The translations under genes and the position numbers were made by a program. Of a stretch of DNA of 64,000 nucleotides, positions 55,862 through 64,000 are shown piece by piece (positions within the stretch are counted from its first letter, which is position 1; every line of letters starts with the position of its first letter). A model generated the notes under the pieces. That model was given only the letters and a program-made list of their open reading frames with translations. It was not told where the DNA came from and searched no databases. The stretch lies in IMG/VR virus record IMGVR_UViG_3300045741_000104, positions 2,039-66,038 of that record, one strand, 5' to 3'. Origin of the DNA: a virus (taxonomy: Duplodnaviria; Caudoviricetes).

Positions 55862-56197
55862 CTACTCGCGGGCGCGCTCCCGCACCATGCACTTGAGCAA
55901 GATCAAGTAGACAATCATGTCGTCGATCCGACCCTCAATCGGCTCCAGCCGCTCGCGCTCCTTCCCATCAACAATGTCGTCGATCCACTGATGGATGGCG
56001 TCGTGGTGCTTGGCGAAATAGACCGACCAGATCACCTCCATGGGGAGCCGTCGAGCTTGCCCGTTCCGGCGAAAATTCGCAAGGCGGTCGATATCGCCCG
56101 CATACTCGCCACCCTTCAGCTTGCCCAACTTCTCGATCTCGGCGACCGTCTCAGCCACTACATCTTGATACTCGGCGTGCGAAAAAATTTTCGACAT
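55862..56197 (-). CDS. DUF1599-like nucleotide-modification-associated all-alpha protein
   Basis: KGGEYAGDIDRLANF...EPIEGRIDDMIVY. Confidence 0.55.
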   Translation of the reverse strand: MSKIFSHAEYQDVVAETVAEIEKLGKLKGGEYAGDIDRLANFRRNGQARRLPMEVIWSVYFAKHHDAIHQWIDDIVDGKERERLEPIEGRIDDMIVYLILLKCMVRERARE

Positions 56198-56267
56198 GCG
56201 TGCTGCCCCCTTTTGACGCAGATCGGGGGACCAGTGGCCCCCCGAGATTGCTTGAGATTACCTGAGA

Positions 56268-57416
56268 TTACTTGCCCCGGTTCTTCCACCGGGCGGCGAG
56301 GTCGCCCAGACCGTCGTCGCCGTCATCCACCGGCTCCCGGCTCGGCGCATTTGCCGCAGGGGAGCGGCTCGGCGTCGGGCCTTCGTCGTCATCGACGAAC
56401 GGCGGCGCTTCAGCCTGAGTGGCCGGGGCCGCTTCGGCGGCGCGAGCCGCGTCCATCTCGGCCTTGGTGCGACGCTTGCGCTTCGGGGGTTCCTCAGCCG
56501 CCGGGGCGTCTGCCTTGAGCGGAACCTCCTGCACATTGTCGTCGTCCAGCGAGGGCTTCTTCGGCTCGGGAGCCTTGTAAGCCGCCGGCGGCTCGGGGGC
56601 CTTGATCTTCTCCCCGTCCACGCCGTTGGGCGTCCAAGTGCCCTTGAGCAGGTTCTTCACCTCGTCGCTGTCGAGGCGCTCCTGCACGCCGTCCCACTCA
56701 TCCTCGTTCAACCAGCGGTCGTCCGAGAAGATCAGTTTGGGGTAGTTGGCGTTCGGGTCGAACCGCATCTTGGTGACGAGCATCGCCGACGAGGGAACCT
56801 CCTGCGCCTTCAGATACTCGATGTAGTTCTGGAACGCGCGCCAGCCCTGATTGACGAGGTCCGGCGACTGCTTGTCCCAGTCCGACGTAACAGCGAGCTG
56901 CATGCGCATGGCCGGGAACTTCAGATCGGTGGACGGGATGACCACGATGGTGCGGAACTCGGAACAAGCGACGGTGCCCTTGCCGGTCGTCGGATTGATC
57001 TTGGAGTTCTTGGCCGACTTGGGGCACATGGCGCAGGTCGGAGCCATCGCGTCCACGACGCTGGCGTGAGGCTTGACGCCATCCTCGGACCAGCAGCGCG
57101 GCATCGCCTTCGCCTCAGGATCGAAATCCTTCTCGTAGAAGCGGCGGCCACGGCGGGCGTTATAGTCGAGGATGATGCCGCGGAAGACCTGCAACGGCAC
57201 GATGTCTCCATCGGCGTTGCGCCCTTCCAGCTTCTTGGTCACGCCGCCGACGCTGGCGGTGAAGACCTTGCCGCCATAGGACAGCGTGGGGACCGAGGTG
57301 CGGCCAACGGCCTTCTCGGCGATATTACCCCCGCCGGCGGCGCGGGCCTGCTTGACGAATGCCGGGACAGCGGCCCCGGTAATGGTTGCGATCTCTTTAT
57401 TGGACATTTGCGTCAC
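56268..57416 (-). CDS. Putative ssDNA-binding or recombination protein
   Basis: CWSEDG..TCAMCP..ACS and an acidic disordered C-tail, located in the replication module. Function inferred. Confidence 0.5.
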   Translation of the reverse strand: MTQMSNKEIATITGAAVPAFVKQARAAGGGNIAEKAVGRTSVPTLSYGGKVFTASVGGVTKKLEGRNADGDIVPLQVFRGIILDYNARRGRRFYEKDFDPEAKAMPRCWSEDGVKPHASVVDAMAPTCAMCPKSAKNSKINPTTGKGTVACSEFRTIVVIPSTDLKFPAMRMQLAVTSDWDKQSPDLVNQGWRAFQNYIEYLKAQEVPSSAMLVTKMRFDPNANYPKLIFSDDRWLNEDEWDGVQERLDSDEVKNLLKGTWTPNGVDGEKIKAPEPPAAYKAPEPKKPSLDDDNVQEVPLKADAPAAEEPPKRKRRTKAEMDAARAAEAAPATQAEAPPFVDDDEGPTPSRSPAANAPSREPVDDGDDGLGDLAARWKNRGK

Positions 57417-57633
57417 CTTTCAGGACTGCGATCTCTTTGTCGATCCCGGCGAGGCCGGTCTCGACGCTCTCTTTAAGCAGCTTCAGTTGGTTGTCGATCT
57501 CCTTGCGGTTGGCACACATGCGCAGGGCCAGAAAATGGCCAAATGCGCTGATGAACTCGGACGGCGGAACGGCCTCACTGATTAGCAAGAAGGTCGACAC
57601 CGCCTGCTCAAATCTTTCTTCATTGAACGCCAT
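57397..57633 (-). CDS. Hypothetical protein (start MAFNEE)
   Basis: TGATG coupling; GAGG RBS. Confidence 0.55.
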   Translation of the reverse strand: MAFNEERFEQAVSTFLLISEAVPPSEFISAFGHFLALRMCANRKEIDNQLKLLKESVETGLAGIDKEIAVLKGDANVQ

Positions 57634-58013
57634 CAGTTTTTCCTCACACGCACGACGTTCTGGCGGATGATGGACACGCCATCCGGTATCTTGCCGGTCA
57701 TCTCCATCATCTCCTTGACGTAGGTTTTCTTGATGCGCTTCTCCAACGCGTCGAACGCGTCGTGGTCGCGCACCCAGTCGTAAAACGCGGTCCAGTCCGA
57801 ACAAGTCGGTATGATGTCTTCCATCTGAAACGCGGTACCAAAGTCGGTGCGAACCGACTTGATGTTGTTGTCCATGAGGAACTTGAGGATCGCCATCTCG
57901 ACGCGCTCCTCATCAGCTTTCAGAGCGTTATCGTTGGCTTCCCACTCACGTTTAGCCTCCGAACGAGCGGCCTTAATCTGCTGTTGGATTTGCACTAGCT
58001 CATCAATTTGCAT
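57633..58013 (-). CDS. Conserved-type phage coiled-coil protein
   Basis: SVRTDFGT, DWTAFYDWV, LEKRI and IPDGV; GGAG RBS. Confidence 0.7.
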   Translation of the reverse strand: MQIDELVQIQQQIKAARSEAKREWEANDNALKADEERVEMAILKFLMDNNIKSVRTDFGTAFQMEDIIPTCSDWTAFYDWVRDHDAFDALEKRIKKTYVKEMMEMTGKIPDGVSIIRQNVVRVRKN

Positions 58014-58027
58014 CACGTTTCTCCGAT

Positions 58028-58212
58028 GTCCATTAGTCTTCTCCGCGATCTACTTCTAGTTTGTAAATGAGCTGATACAGTTGTGATGCTGCTTCTTCAG
58101 CCACATCGTTTTCGTCTCGGTTGGTTATAACATCTATCAAGATGCTCTCGGCCAGTTTGATCAGATTGGCTCGAACTGTCAATAGTCGTAGTTGGTCCAT
58201 TAGTCTTCTCCG
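58028..58212. repeat. Identical 18-bp direct repeats flanking a small gene
   Basis: gtccattagtcttctccg at 58028-58045 and 58195-58212. Confidence 0.9.
58033..58200 (-). CDS. Small hypothetical protein (55 aa, MDQLRLLTVRAN...), not in the ORF track
   Basis: TAATG coupling to the helicase; GGAG RBS. Confidence 0.6.
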   Translation of the reverse strand: MDQLRLLTVRANLIKLAESILIDVITNRDENDVAEEAASQLYQLIYKLEVDRGED

Positions 58213-60716
58213 ATTACAGACTTATAGAGGTTAAGGATGTTGTCTTGGGTGACGTTCTTACGATCTAGGATGTCGTATATCTGCCACTCTAATTTGTGCG
58301 CCCCAATCTTGACGATTGTCATTTTTCGTGTCTGACCCGCTCGGTTAATGCGATCCTTAACCTGTTGATACTCGTCGTTGCTGTATATTGGTGCGTAGAA
58401 AATCATCATATCAGCTTCGACCAAGTTAAGCCCATGCGACATGACTGCCGGATGGCACAGCAGAACCTGAGGGTCAGGCTCGTGCTTGAACTTGCGGAAT
58501 ATCTCGTCGCGCTTGCGCGGCGTGACATCCCCGTTGACGATCTCACAAGTGTAACGTTTGCCCACCTCCTCTGCCAGAAACCGAATGATGCCCTTGAACG
58601 GGACAATAACGACGACCTTCGCCGCCGCCTCCTCGATGCTATCGAGCAGGACCCGTAGCCGAGGCCCATGCGGCAGCGCCACATACTCCTCCGTATCAGG
58701 GTTCTTGATCGCCCCGCACAATATCTGACGCAGCTTGCCGACCTTGTCGGCCGCGTTCATCGCCATGATCTTCTGGTTCGCCGCCTCCGTCACCATCGAG
58801 ATGCGCATCCGCTCGAACGCCGCAATCTGCTCCTTGGTCATGGCGCAGTCGCGCTCCTCGAACGTCAGCGGCGGCAGGTCCAGACAGTCCTTCTTGAAGT
58901 AGCGAACGGCAGGCTGAAGGGCGTTGAACGCCTGCGTATAAGCGTCTTCAGCCGGCACCCACTTGTAGCGCGACACCTTGCGCATCGTGCGCCGCTCGAA
59001 CTCCCCGTAATACAGCGGCACCCGCTGCGGCGAGATGATCCGCGCCAACGCCCATGCGTCGGTCGGCGCGTTCGGACAGGGCGTGCCTGTCAGAAGCCAC
59101 ACACGCATATCCTCGCGGATCGTCTTCACCAACTGGCGATACTTCTCGGTGCCTCGGTTGCGGAACTTCGACGCCTCGTCCACAATGATCAGATCGATGT
59201 CGTCGCGCGAGCGGATGTGCTGCACGAGCCAGTCGTCCTGAAGACCGTCGTGGTTGATGATGTAGAAATCCGCCTTGGTCTGGATCATGCGCTTGCGATA
59301 GTCGGGGTTGCCGTGAACCACCACGGCGTGGCGGTGCATCAGCACATCGAAGATGTCGTGCTTCCAGACACGGTCCACTGTGGACAGCGGTGTTAGTATG
59401 ACGGCACGCTTTACCTCTCCCGCCTTCATTAACGCGTCCGCTGCCCACAGTGTCCCGGCCGTCTTCCCGGTGTTGCCGGTGCAGAAGATGCAGCCGTTAC
59501 GACGTAACACCAAGAAGGACGTCGGCACCATAAAGCAATATTTGTAGCCGTCAGTTGGCTTCTGCCACCAAACATTCTCAGCTACCTGACCGCCGTTGCG
59601 ACCGTAGAGGCCGACTGTCGGATCACCTACCTTAGCGTGCATATTGACGACGCCCGGTCCAACGTAGTCACGATTGTCTGCACACCGCGTCGTGCGCCGT
59701 CCAGCGGCGCTAAACGCATACTGGGCGAAGTCGGCGTCGATCGGATTGCCGCTCCAACGAACGCCGCCGGCCTTGGCGAATGACCCATCCCAATGTGGTA
59801 GCTCGTCGGCGATAACCTCCAACTGATGCTGTGTGGCAGACCACCATTCGACGCCGAACCCTTTCATCATCGGTGGCGTAAACGAAAAACGCATGAACCC
59901 GTCAGGTTGCGTCGGGTGAACCGAGTAAGAGATGTCGGCGTCGAGTAGCAATTTGCGCAGCCGTGCGATCTTACGCGGCTTCTTGACACGAATGTTCACG
60001 CGATCCGGCCTCTCATACCAACCATCTGCGTTGCAGGCGACCTGTAGCCGGATCAGATCATCCGAAAGCGCCATCCCCGGCGTTCCGACAACCTTGAAGG
60101 TCGTGCGAAACCGAAAGGAGCGGCACTCCAGCGACTGACTACCATACATGCCGAGGATGTAATCGGCACGCACGACGTCACCGTTCGCCAGCAGCACGCG
60201 GTGCTCCGGCGACAGAAGCTGGTCAACACCGCGCGTCGTCTTGAACCGGATCATCGTGTCGCACGGCAGCTTCACATACTCTGTCGGCTCGACGAACTCA
60301 GCCTCGCCGGTCTCCGGGTGGTATTGCGCCACCGGACCACCAGCATATTGATCAATCCGACGCCAGCCGGTCGGCGACAGATATTCCGTCGCCGCGTCGA
60401 CGCAGCCCATCTCGGAGAGATTGAAGGCGCGGGGATTGGCGCACATAAATTCCGCCATGTCTCGCTGATGCTGGAACGGCTTATATTTGCCGGGCCAATC
60501 GTAGTTCGTCAGCACGCCGGTCGGCACGGTGTAGCCCAGATTGGCCAGTATGCGTGTTGTCTCGACGCCGTGCTGCACAGCGAGGTTGAACTGTGGGTGA
60601 TCCAGCAACTGTGTGCTATCGGGGATCAGCTCGCAGATCGCGAAGGGGTCAGGAACGTGCATGAGCACGCTTCCTGATTGTTCATGTAACTGCATTTTAG
60701 TGGCCCTGTTATGCAA
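58200..60716 (-). CDS. SNF2-family (SF2) helicase, intein-containing
   Basis: SEMG/TGKT, IIVDEAS, LTGTP, SHGLNL and DRINRAGQ. Confidence 0.93.
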   Translation of the reverse strand: MHNRATKMQLHEQSGSVLMHVPDPFAICELIPDSTQLLDHPQFNLAVQHGVETTRILANLGYTVPTGVLTNYDWPGKYKPFQHQRDMAEFMCANPRAFNLSEMGCVDAATEYLSPTGWRRIDQYAGGPVAQYHPETGEAEFVEPTEYVKLPCDTMIRFKTTRGVDQLLSPEHRVLLANGDVVRADYILGMYGSQSLECRSFRFRTTFKVVGTPGMALSDDLIRLQVACNADGWYERPDRVNIRVKKPRKIARLRKLLLDADISYSVHPTQPDGFMRFSFTPPMMKGFGVEWWSATQHQLEVIADELPHWDGSFAKAGGVRWSGNPIDADFAQYAFSAAGRRTTRCADNRDYVGPGVVNMHAKVGDPTVGLYGRNGGQVAENVWWQKPTDGYKYCFMVPTSFLVLRRNGCIFCTGNTGKTAGTLWAADALMKAGEVKRAVILTPLSTVDRVWKHDIFDVLMHRHAVVVHGNPDYRKRMIQTKADFYIINHDGLQDDWLVQHIRSRDDIDLIIVDEASKFRNRGTEKYRQLVKTIREDMRVWLLTGTPCPNAPTDAWALARIISPQRVPLYYGEFERRTMRKVSRYKWVPAEDAYTQAFNALQPAVRYFKKDCLDLPPLTFEERDCAMTKEQIAAFERMRISMVTEAANQKIMAMNAADKVGKLRQILCGAIKNPDTEEYVALPHGPRLRVLLDSIEEAAAKVVVIVPFKGIIRFLAEEVGKRYTCEIVNGDVTPRKRDEIFRKFKHEPDPQVLLCHPAVMSHGLNLVEADMMIFYAPIYSNDEYQQVKDRINRAGQTRKMTIVKIGAHKLEWQIYDILDRKNVTQDNILNLYKSVIGED
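59472..60404 (-). mobile_element. Intein (311 aa) with LAGLIDADG-type endonuclease in the helicase Walker A motif
   Basis: CVDAATEYLSPTGW; SPEHRV; QVACNADG and PHWDG; YCFMVPTSFLVLRRNGCIFCTGN followed by Thr+1. Confidence 0.93.
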
Positions 60717-61113
60717 ACAAGTCTTCCGTCAAGGCGCGGATCGCGTTTAGCATCATCGAACCATCATCGGGCGATGGCTTCTGGTCTTTCTTGATCAGCT
60801 CGATGGACCGACTGAAGGCGTCGAGGAACTGCTCAAGGAACTCGATGTTACGTTCGCTGACGACGAAGCCGTAGCCCTTCATTGCGATGATACTGTCGAG
60901 ATACGCCTTCTGGTGATCGGTTGGCTTATTCTTGCCGAACTTGGTTTCGATGGCAAGAAAGACTGCGTTCTGGAGGGCGTTGAAATCCGACACACCGATC
61001 TTGCCGAAGCCGTTGGCGGGCGGGCACCACCAGAACCACTCATACTTGTTGAGCAGCCTCTTGACCTGCTTCTTAACGTCGGCCTCGTTGCGGTAGATGA
61101 TGGGCTTATTCAT
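60709..61113 (-). CDS. VRR-NUC-like nuclease (putative resolvase)
   Basis: NEADVK, GVSDF, AIETK and PTDHQ. Confidence 0.8.
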   Translation of the reverse strand: MNKPIIYRNEADVKKQVKRLLNKYEWFWWCPPANGFGKIGVSDFNALQNAVFLAIETKFGKNKPTDHQKAYLDSIIAMKGYGFVVSERNIEFLEQFLDAFSRSIELIKKDQKPSPDDGSMMLNAIRALTEDLFA

Positions 61114-61379
61114 ATCCAGTTCCTCTTTTGAACATGCTTGATTTCCATCGTGTCGGCGCACGCCTTCATCGCATCCAGCTTGGTGCGGTAGAAGCCTCTG
61201 ACCTCCCACTCAAACTTGCAGGGCAGATCATAAACGAAGGGGCCGTAGGGCACGCCCTCAAGATCGAAGTCGCGAGTGATCTTACACTTGTTGGTCACGA
61301 CTATACTGTCCCCCGGCACCACCTCGCACCGCGTCGTCATATTGCGTGACGCCAGCCACGCCTTAAATCGTTTCATCAT
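61110..61379 (-). CDS. Hypothetical protein
   Basis: Overlap-coupled to both neighbours. Confidence 0.55.
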   Translation of the reverse strand: MMKRFKAWLASRNMTTRCEVVPGDSIVVTNKCKITRDFDLEGVPYGPFVYDLPCKFEWEVRGFYRTKLDAMKACADTMEIKHVQKRNWI

Positions 61380-61585
61380 CGCCTATAGTTCCCTCGTAAG
61401 ACCGTTATGATCGGTTGATACTCGTAGTCCGCGTTTGGATGCGCTTCACCTATGATCGACCTGAAGCATTGCAGGTCGGCCTCAGCGAAGAACCGCTCGA
61501 TCTCGTCCCGCAGCTCCTCTCGAACTTCCGGCTGCTGCCGGTCGAACTCGTGCCACGACATGTTGATCGCGCGAGGCATACGCAT
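61376..61585 (-). CDS. Hypothetical protein
   Basis: TGATG coupling. Confidence 0.5.
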   Translation of the reverse strand: MRMPRAINMSWHEFDRQQPEVREELRDEIERFFAEADLQCFRSIIGEAHPNADYEYQPIITVLRGNYRR

Positions 61586-62070
61586 CACACCCACCCATTC
61601 AATGCGCACAGCCTCCCCGGCTTGCGCTTCGGTTGAAACACCACCTTCGGCTTCGGGGGCTTCGGGGGCTTAGGTGGCGCAGCTTGCTGCTTCGCCATCC
61701 GCACCCTCAACGCCTTCGCCATCGCCTCACGCTTGCGCCGAAGGATGGCTTCCCTCTCCTCAGCTGTCTTCTCGACGACCTTCGCAAAGTAGCGGCGACG
61801 GCGCTTCTCCAACTGCTTCGCCCTGAACGCAGGGTCAGTTCGATACCGCTCCTTATACCGCTCCTTTCTGCGCTGTTTCACATCGTCGCGCTGCCCCCAT
61901 ACGCGGCTCCATGTTTTCTTGCGCTGCTTGGCAGACGCCCTCTTGGCTTCCTTCTCGGCCTGCATCTGGTCCCATGCCGCCTGCACTTCAGGCGGCGGTG
62001 GCACCCCCTTCTTTCTGGCTCGCGACATCGCCGCGTAAATGCGGCTCTTGATTGGATCGAGGTTCGGCAT
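61585..62070 (-). CDS. Highly basic helical protein
   Basis: Arg/Lys-rich with PPKPPKPPKPK repeats. Confidence 0.6.
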   Translation of the reverse strand: MPNLDPIKSRIYAAMSRARKKGVPPPPEVQAAWDQMQAEKEAKRASAKQRKKTWSRVWGQRDDVKQRRKERYKERYRTDPAFRAKQLEKRRRRYFAKVVEKTAEEREAILRRKREAMAKALRVRMAKQQAAPPKPPKPPKPKVVFQPKRKPGRLCALNGWV

Positions 62071-62269
62071 AATACGCTCTCAACTCTACTCCCAGCGCGT
62101 CGGCCCAGCGACGCAATTTAGGCAGCGACGGGATCGCCCGCCCGGTTTCCCAGTGCCACATGGTCTGCTCGTTGAAGCAGGTCCGATCCGCGATCACGCG
62201 TAACGGAAGGCCCATGGCGTAACGACGCTCACGCAGCGCCGCTATCAGTGGATCGAGTTCACGCGTCAC
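61988..62269 (-). CDS. XRE-family HTH protein
   Basis: LRERR..GL...IA....TMWHWETGRAIPSL...WADALG. Confidence 0.8.
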   Translation of the reverse strand: MTRELDPLIAALRERRYAMGLPLRVIADRTCFNEQTMWHWETGRAIPSLPKLRRWADALGVELRAYYAEPRSNQEPHLRGDVASQKEGGATAA

Positions 62270-62483
62270 TATCGTCTCCTACCGCCGTATGGATCAAGCT
62301 GACGGCGGCATCGACAAAGTCAACACTGCGGCGCTCACGCTCGGCGGCGAGTTCGATAAGCGCGTTGGATTTTTCACGCTGCTCACGCGCCGCTGCCGCC
62401 TCGAACAGTTCTTTTTTGGCGCGCTCGGCGGCGAGTTCGGCGCGGAGGCGCTCGATTTGACGCTTTAGGTCAACGTCACTCAT
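62259..62483 (-). CDS. Small coiled-coil protein
   Basis: Starts within the junction repeat (GGAGG RBS); LRAELAAER modules. Confidence 0.6.
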   Translation of the reverse strand: MSDVDLKRQIERLRAELAAERAKKELFEAAAAREQREKSNALIELAAERERRSVDFVDAAVSLIHTAVGDDSDA

Positions 62484-62829
62484 CCCCGCCTCCCTTCGTC
62501 TCGGCCAACACGGCGCGGGCGCGGTCTATTGCCCGCGTAAAAACCTTCGGCTCGCTCTGCGCTATTTTGCCTACAGCGGTTTCCCATTCGTCCTGAGTGC
62601 GGACCATTTCCTCCAGCGCCTCGCGCAGCTTGGTGTTCTCCACTCGCAGCTTGACCAATTCCACCATGGCATTTGCGATGATGAAATTGCCGTGGCGGTC
62701 ATAGCCTCCTTCGGAACCATCCGGCTCGTCGTCATAATCTATCGAGTTGTCCCAATCGGAGCCGTTGGAATACTTGCGGTCAACGTCACTCATCCCCGCC
62801 TCCCTTCGTCTCGGCCAGCACGGCGCGGG
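62468..62829. repeat. 52-bp direct repeat (1 mismatch) at gene junctions
   Basis: Copies at 62468-62519 and 62778-62829. A 16-bp core recurs at 63421-63436. Confidence 0.92.
62476..62793 (-). CDS. Hypothetical protein bounded by junction repeats
   Basis: Starts MSDVD and ends RAVLAETKGGGDE, both encoded by the repeats. Confidence 0.65.
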   Translation of the reverse strand: MSDVDRKYSNGSDWDNSIDYDDEPDGSEGGYDRHGNFIIANAMVELVKLRVENTKLREALEEMVRTQDEWETAVGKIAQSEPKVFTRAIDRARAVLAETKGGGDE

Positions 62830-63037
62830 TCTTTGCCGCGCGCTTTCCTATTTCTATGGTGACGCCAACAAGGGATGCGTATTCATGCACCCGCATCAAA
62901 TACATATTTCTCGCGCCAGTTTCCATTTCTGATATATCGCGCTGGTGGTAGTTCAAGGTCATTGCTACACGATCCTGCGACCATCCCTTTTTCTTGCGGG
63001 CCTCGCGTAACTGTTTTCCAATTTCAGCGAGTGTCAT
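62786..63037 (-). CDS. XRE-family HTH protein
   Basis: IGKQLREARKKKGWSQDRVA...ISEMETG. Confidence 0.85.
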   Translation of the reverse strand: MTLAEIGKQLREARKKKGWSQDRVAMTLNYHQRDISEMETGARNMYLMRVHEYASLVGVTIEIGKRAAKTRAVLAETKGGGDE

Positions 63038-63050
63038 TGCTCAATCACCC

Positions 63051-63425
63051 TCACAGAGCGGCGTCGATGGCGGCGTGTAAATTGTGCAGTTGGGAAGACG
63101 CGACGGCCTTTGATGGCGCTGGCAAAAATCCCTTCACTAGCACCAGCGCCTCGCGCAGCTTGGCGACGCGGACGAGCGCGACCCTCAAATCACTTGTAAG
63201 TTTTGAACATTCCTCAAGGAGGTCGTCATTTTGCTCCCGCTCGGCGGCGAGTTCGGCTTTCAACTCTTTCACGCGGTCCAATTCGACTGCCCACGCCTGC
63301 GTAATCTGGTTTTTATCCAGAAGGTAGCTCTCACACAGCACACGCTCGGCGGCGAGTTCGGCGCGGAGGCGGGTGATTTCAGCATCCCTCTGGTCGTGAT
63401 ACCGTATCGGTGAATACTCGCTCAT
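63051..63425 (-). CDS. Coiled-coil hypothetical protein (start MSEYSP)
   Basis: GGAGG RBS within the 16-bp repeat core; ELAAER modules. Confidence 0.6.
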   Translation of the reverse strand: MSEYSPIRYHDQRDAEITRLRAELAAERVLCESYLLDKNQITQAWAVELDRVKELKAELAAEREQNDDLLEECSKLTSDLRVALVRVAKLREALVLVKGFLPAPSKAVASSQLHNLHAAIDAAL

Positions 63426-64000
63426 CCCCGCCTCCCATTGAACTCGCACTCCATCACCGGACACCATTGAGCGCAAAGCCCTGACTTGCGCGCCTGCCAG
63501 ATGTCCGTCTCGAACGCCTCGGCATACTGCATCAGGTCCGGCACGAACGTGCGCCACAGGTTCTTGGCGTCGTCACGACGATAGTGCATCGCCGTAACAT
63601 CCTTGGTCTGTGTCCAATAGAAGCTGGCTTCTACCCACTGGACATCCGTGTAGAGCGCGAAGGTATGAAGCGCAAAGAGTTGAAGCTGGTCAAACTTTTT
63701 ATGCTGTTTGCCCGTCTTGTAGTCGACGACGGTGGCCTTGCCGATGCCATTGCTGTGATCGACCTTGATGTAGTCGATCACGCCCCTATAGAATACGTCC
63801 TTATCAAAAAAATTGCACGGCTTCCTCTCCATATTCAGAGCGATTTTCTGCTCGGTCGCGTGTATCCCCGGCAGTTCCTCCAGCGCCTTCATAAAGGGCT
63901 CATGCTCCTTCAGATTGTCAGGCAAAGGCTTGCCTATCGCTTGCCGGTCTTCAAAGTGCTTATGAACCTCCTCGCCCCAAATTATTTGAGGAGATTTCGG
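63422..64000 (-). CDS. PD-(D/E)XK exonuclease (Cas4/RecB-like), 5' end outside the window
   Basis: Frame open to the edge (WGEEVHKHFE); GVIDY, VVDYKTGK, QLQLFA and C-terminal C..C...C. Confidence 0.85.
   Translation of the reverse strand, partial: PKSPQIIWGEEVHKHFEDRQAIGKPLPDNLKEHEPFMKALEELPGIHATEQKIALNMERKPCNFFDKDVFYRGVIDYIKVDHSNGIGKATVVDYKTGKQHKKFDQLQLFALHTFALYTDVQWVEASFYWTQTKDVTAMHYRRDDAKNLWRTFVPDLMQYAEAFETDIWQARKSGLCAQWCPVMECEFNGRRG

Noticed and set aside
62338-64000. CRISPR array or Cas4 system
   Set aside because: The repeats are coding, irregularly spaced and few. The Cas4-like nuclease is a typical stand-alone phage exonuclease, with no cas1 or cas2 nearby.

Overview
The window is an internal 64 kb stretch of a GC-rich tailed dsDNA phage, probably podovirus-like and probably infecting an alphaproteobacterium (inferred from the VPEID-CTERM gene and codon style). 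It is truncated at both edges. Minus-strand early and replication genes occupy 1-14.1 kb and 52.8-64 kb: family A DNA polymerase, M28-type peptidase, RHH and HTH regulators, DUF927 primase-helicase, SNF2 helicase, VRR-NUC and a PD-(D/E)XK nuclease. A plus-strand virion and lysis arm occupies 14.6-52.8 kb: TerS, TerL, portal, scaffold, N4-gp56-family capsid, a 2516-aa polyvalent protein, four tandem glycine-rich fibre paralogues, a muramidase, spanins and tail or ejection proteins. An AT-rich repeat-laden region separates the arms. The most striking observations are: (1) a PolA intein with no in-frame endonuclease that hides a complete HNH-type endonuclease gene in the +1 frame while both frames stay open; (2) a TerL intein that begins with Pro instead of Cys and lacks the class 3 Trp, while its helicase paralogue starts with Cys; (3) a phage-encoded VPEID-CTERM exosortase substrate inside the lysis cassette; (4) direct repeats made of RBS/stop/start junctions that delimit small gene cassettes. 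No integrase, RNA polymerase, tRNA, CRISPR array or reverse transcriptase was seen. All family assignments come from motifs recognised by eye; no searches were run.
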